A stretch of 64,000 nucleotides of DNA from an uncultured Flavobacteriales bacterium. Lineage in GTDB: Bacteria; Bacteroidota; Bacteroidia; Flavobacteriales_E; Vicingaceae. The first letter of the stretch is position 1. Every line of letters begins with the position of its first letter. The DNA is taken from NCBI GenBank assembly GCA_905479915.1, contig CAJQOH010000003.1:56546-120545 (forward strand), in the 5' to 3' direction. Shown here one piece after another: positions 62,326-64,000 of this stretch. The notes beneath the pieces are model-generated. The model was not told where the DNA came from and ran no database searches. It saw only the letters and a program-made list of their open reading frames with translations. The position numbers and the translations under genes are program-made.

Positions 62326-64000
62326 ATGAGACTAACTTTATTAATTACTTGCTTGGCTTTTTTTGGAAATAGTTTTTCTCAAGAAAAGGTATCTTTTTCA
62401 AAAAAGAATTTTTCTATTAAAAAATCATCTGTTGTAGTTCCTAAAGATGTAAAAGAAACGTATAATGCTCAGATAATCAATAAAGAAATACCAACTCCTG
62501 GAGGTAATTCTGTGAAGTCTTATGTTCTTCAACAAAAAATTAAATCAAGAGCACTTTTCCCAGTAAAAAAAGCAAATACTGTTAATAAGAATAACAAATC
62601 ATCTGTTTCAGCACCAACTATTGGGCAACAGTTTGGATTGAAAAAATACATTAGTATAATAAACCAATGGCGAGATTTATATGGAGGAACTCCAAACGAT
62701 AATTCAATGGCTGTTTCTAATGATGGGATTGTTTTGGTAGGAATGAATTCTTTTATTTTAGCTTATGACTTAGTTGGCGATTCTAATTTGCAATTGAGTT
62801 CTACAACTACATTGGCTTTATCATCTTTTGTGAATAGTACGGATGTTTTTGACCCAAAAATTATTTACGATAAAGAAGCGGACAGGTTTATTTTAGTGTT
62901 TCTAAAAAACAGAACTCCTGCCGACAATACGATTGTAATCTGTTTCTCTACTACTAATAATCCTGTTGATCCTTGGAATGTTTATGAGCTGCCAGGAAAT
63001 CCTTTAAACAACAATAGATGGACAGATTTTCCTCCTATAGCCATGACAGAAACTGATTTGTTTATTACCGGAAATTTAATTGTACCTGGGGTTTCATGGC
63101 AAGTTGGTTTTGATGGTTCAATTGTTTGGCAAGTAGAAAAAGCAAAGGGATACAATGGAGATCCAGCTCTAAATTCTGTGCTTTTTAGTGATGTTAAATA
63201 CGGAGGAAAATTTGTAAGAAATTTACACCCGATACAAGGTGCAGATGGTGATGCAGATGAAATGTATGTACTTTCAAATAGGAATTTTGACTTGTCTAAT
63301 GATTCTATTTTCGTTGGAAAAATAACAGGGAAATCAACGGACACTGCACAGAGTTTGACAATGGAGGTCTATAAATCTGATTTAAATTATGGGATGCCTC
63401 CTAATGGAAGACAATTTGATACGGATACAACAGATCCTACAGGAGGTTTACAAACCAATGATGCAAGAGTATTGGCAGGAATAAAAATTGGTGATAACAT
63501 ACAGTTTGTTTCCAATACAGTAAATCCAGCTACAGGTCTTGCAGCGATTTATCATGGAACAATTTCAGATGTTTCTACAGCGCCAACTGTAAAAGCAAGT
63601 ATTATAGCTGATTCTATTATGGATTTTGGATACCCTAACATTGCTTGGTCGGGTAATGAGGATTGTGATATAGAAACAATTATTGCTTTTGATTATTCTT
63701 CATTAACAGATTTCCCTGGAGTAGCAACGGTATATTATGACAATCATGGTAATTATTCTGATTATAAAGTGGTAAAAGCTGGAGAAGATTATGCCGATGG
63801 ACTAACTGGTTCTTATGAAAGATGGGGTGATTATTTTGGGTTGCAACGAAATTATGCAGATCCGGGTAGTGTTTTTTCTTTTGGATGTTATGGAAAGCAG
63901 AGAAGTTTTACAGGATGGTGTGCAGAATTAATTAGTCCAGATACAAGTGTTATGAGGGTAGAAGTTAGCAGGCAACAACAGGCTGCTTCATGCACGCAAG
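62326..64000 (+). CDS. Secreted hypothetical protein (possibly beta-propeller-like), 3'-truncated by the window edge; absent from the supplied ORF track
   Basis: Hand translation from the ATG at 62326 gives MRLTLLITCLAFFGNSFSQEKVSF... with no stop through nt 64000 (>550 codons). It has a signal peptide and motifs such as 'ERWGDYFGLQ'. The 62982..63344 minus-strand ORF is antisense to it. Confidence 0.75.
   Translation, partial: MRLTLLITCLAFFGNSFSQEKVSFSKKNFSIKKSSVVVPKDVKETYNAQIINKEIPTPGGNSVKSYVLQQKIKSRALFPVKKANTVNKNNKSSVSAPTIGQQFGLKKYISIINQWRDLYGGTPNDNSMAVSNDGIVLVGMNSFILAYDLVGDSNLQLSSTTTLALSSFVNSTDVFDPKIIYDKEADRFILVFLKNRTPADNTIVICFSTTNNPVDPWNVYELPGNPLNNNRWTDFPPIAMTETDLFITGNLIVPGVSWQVGFDGSIVWQVEKAKGYNGDPALNSVLFSDVKYGGKFVRNLHPIQGADGDADEMYVLSNRNFDLSNDSIFVGKITGKSTDTAQSLTMEVYKSDLNYGMPPNGRQFDTDTTDPTGGLQTNDARVLAGIKIGDNIQFVSNTVNPATGLAAIYHGTISDVSTAPTVKASIIADSIMDFGYPNIAWSGNEDCDIETIIAFDYSSLTDFPGVATVYYDNHGNYSDYKVVKAGEDYADGLTGSYERWGDYFGLQRNYADPGSVFSFGCYGKQRSFTGWCAELISPDTSVMRVEVSRQQQAASCTQ

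Noticed and set aside
62982-63344. Minus-strand 120-aa ORF, the only ORF the track lists in this region.
   Set aside because: It lies antisense within a >550-codon plus-strand ORF that has a signal peptide and runs off the window end. The plus-strand gene explains the region better.
1-64000. Scanned intergenic regions for tRNA, rRNA, tmRNA, RNase P-like or riboswitch-like structured RNAs.
   Set aside because: No cloverleaf-compatible or conserved-motif sequences were recognised by eye. The intergenic regions are short and AT-rich, apart from the hairpins reported above. A covariance-model scan (Infernal/Rfam, tRNAscan-SE) would be the decisive check.

Overview
This is a visibly AT-rich chromosomal segment, most likely from a Bacteroidota (Flavobacteriia-type) genome. 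The assignment rests on four things seen in the window. Several secreted proteins end in T9SS-type C-terminal sorting domains. There is a complete Bat/MoxR 'aerotolerance' operon. Rho carries the large disordered N-terminal insertion typical of the phylum. TAnnTTTG -7 promoter boxes sit upstream of several transcription units.

The window is densely coding, with about 60 genes. I saw no rRNA, tRNA, CRISPR array, transposase, integrase or phage genes.

Housekeeping genes:
- thyA, mpl, rho, yggS, serA, serC, recR, pruA, gcvT, fmt
- an oligopeptide-type ABC substrate-binding protein

The main accessory block is a roughly 20 kb, 19-gene, co-directional glycan locus (25197-44898). It encodes a pseudaminic-acid-type nonulosonic acid pathway (pseB, pseC, pseH-like, pseI, plus an SpsF-like cytidylyltransferase, an aldo/keto reductase and a class III aminotransferase). 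The locus also encodes:
- tailoring enzymes
- a flippase
- two Wzy/O-antigen-ligase-family proteins
- three glycosyltransferases
- an initiating polyprenyl-phosphate sugar transferase

Most noteworthy observations:
1. A self-contained two-gene module (48060-49950): a secreted LamG-domain protein ending in a Gly/Ala-rich hydrophobic tail, followed 10 nt later by a 74-aa two-TM protein. This is a candidate toxin/bacteriocin-immunity pair.
2. A DUF559 (Vsr-like endonuclease fold) gene inserted between batB and batC, bracketed by a 46-nt direct repeat (45/46 identical).
3. A family of GAAG-rich/CTTC-rich imperfect hairpin elements. They sit in four short intercistronic gaps, always in the same orientation relative to transcription.
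4. A T9SS cargo gene split by a frameshift at a GGGG run.
5. A >550-codon ORF open to the window end (from 62326) that is absent from the supplied ORF track.

All functional calls come from motif and family recognition by eye. No database search was run.
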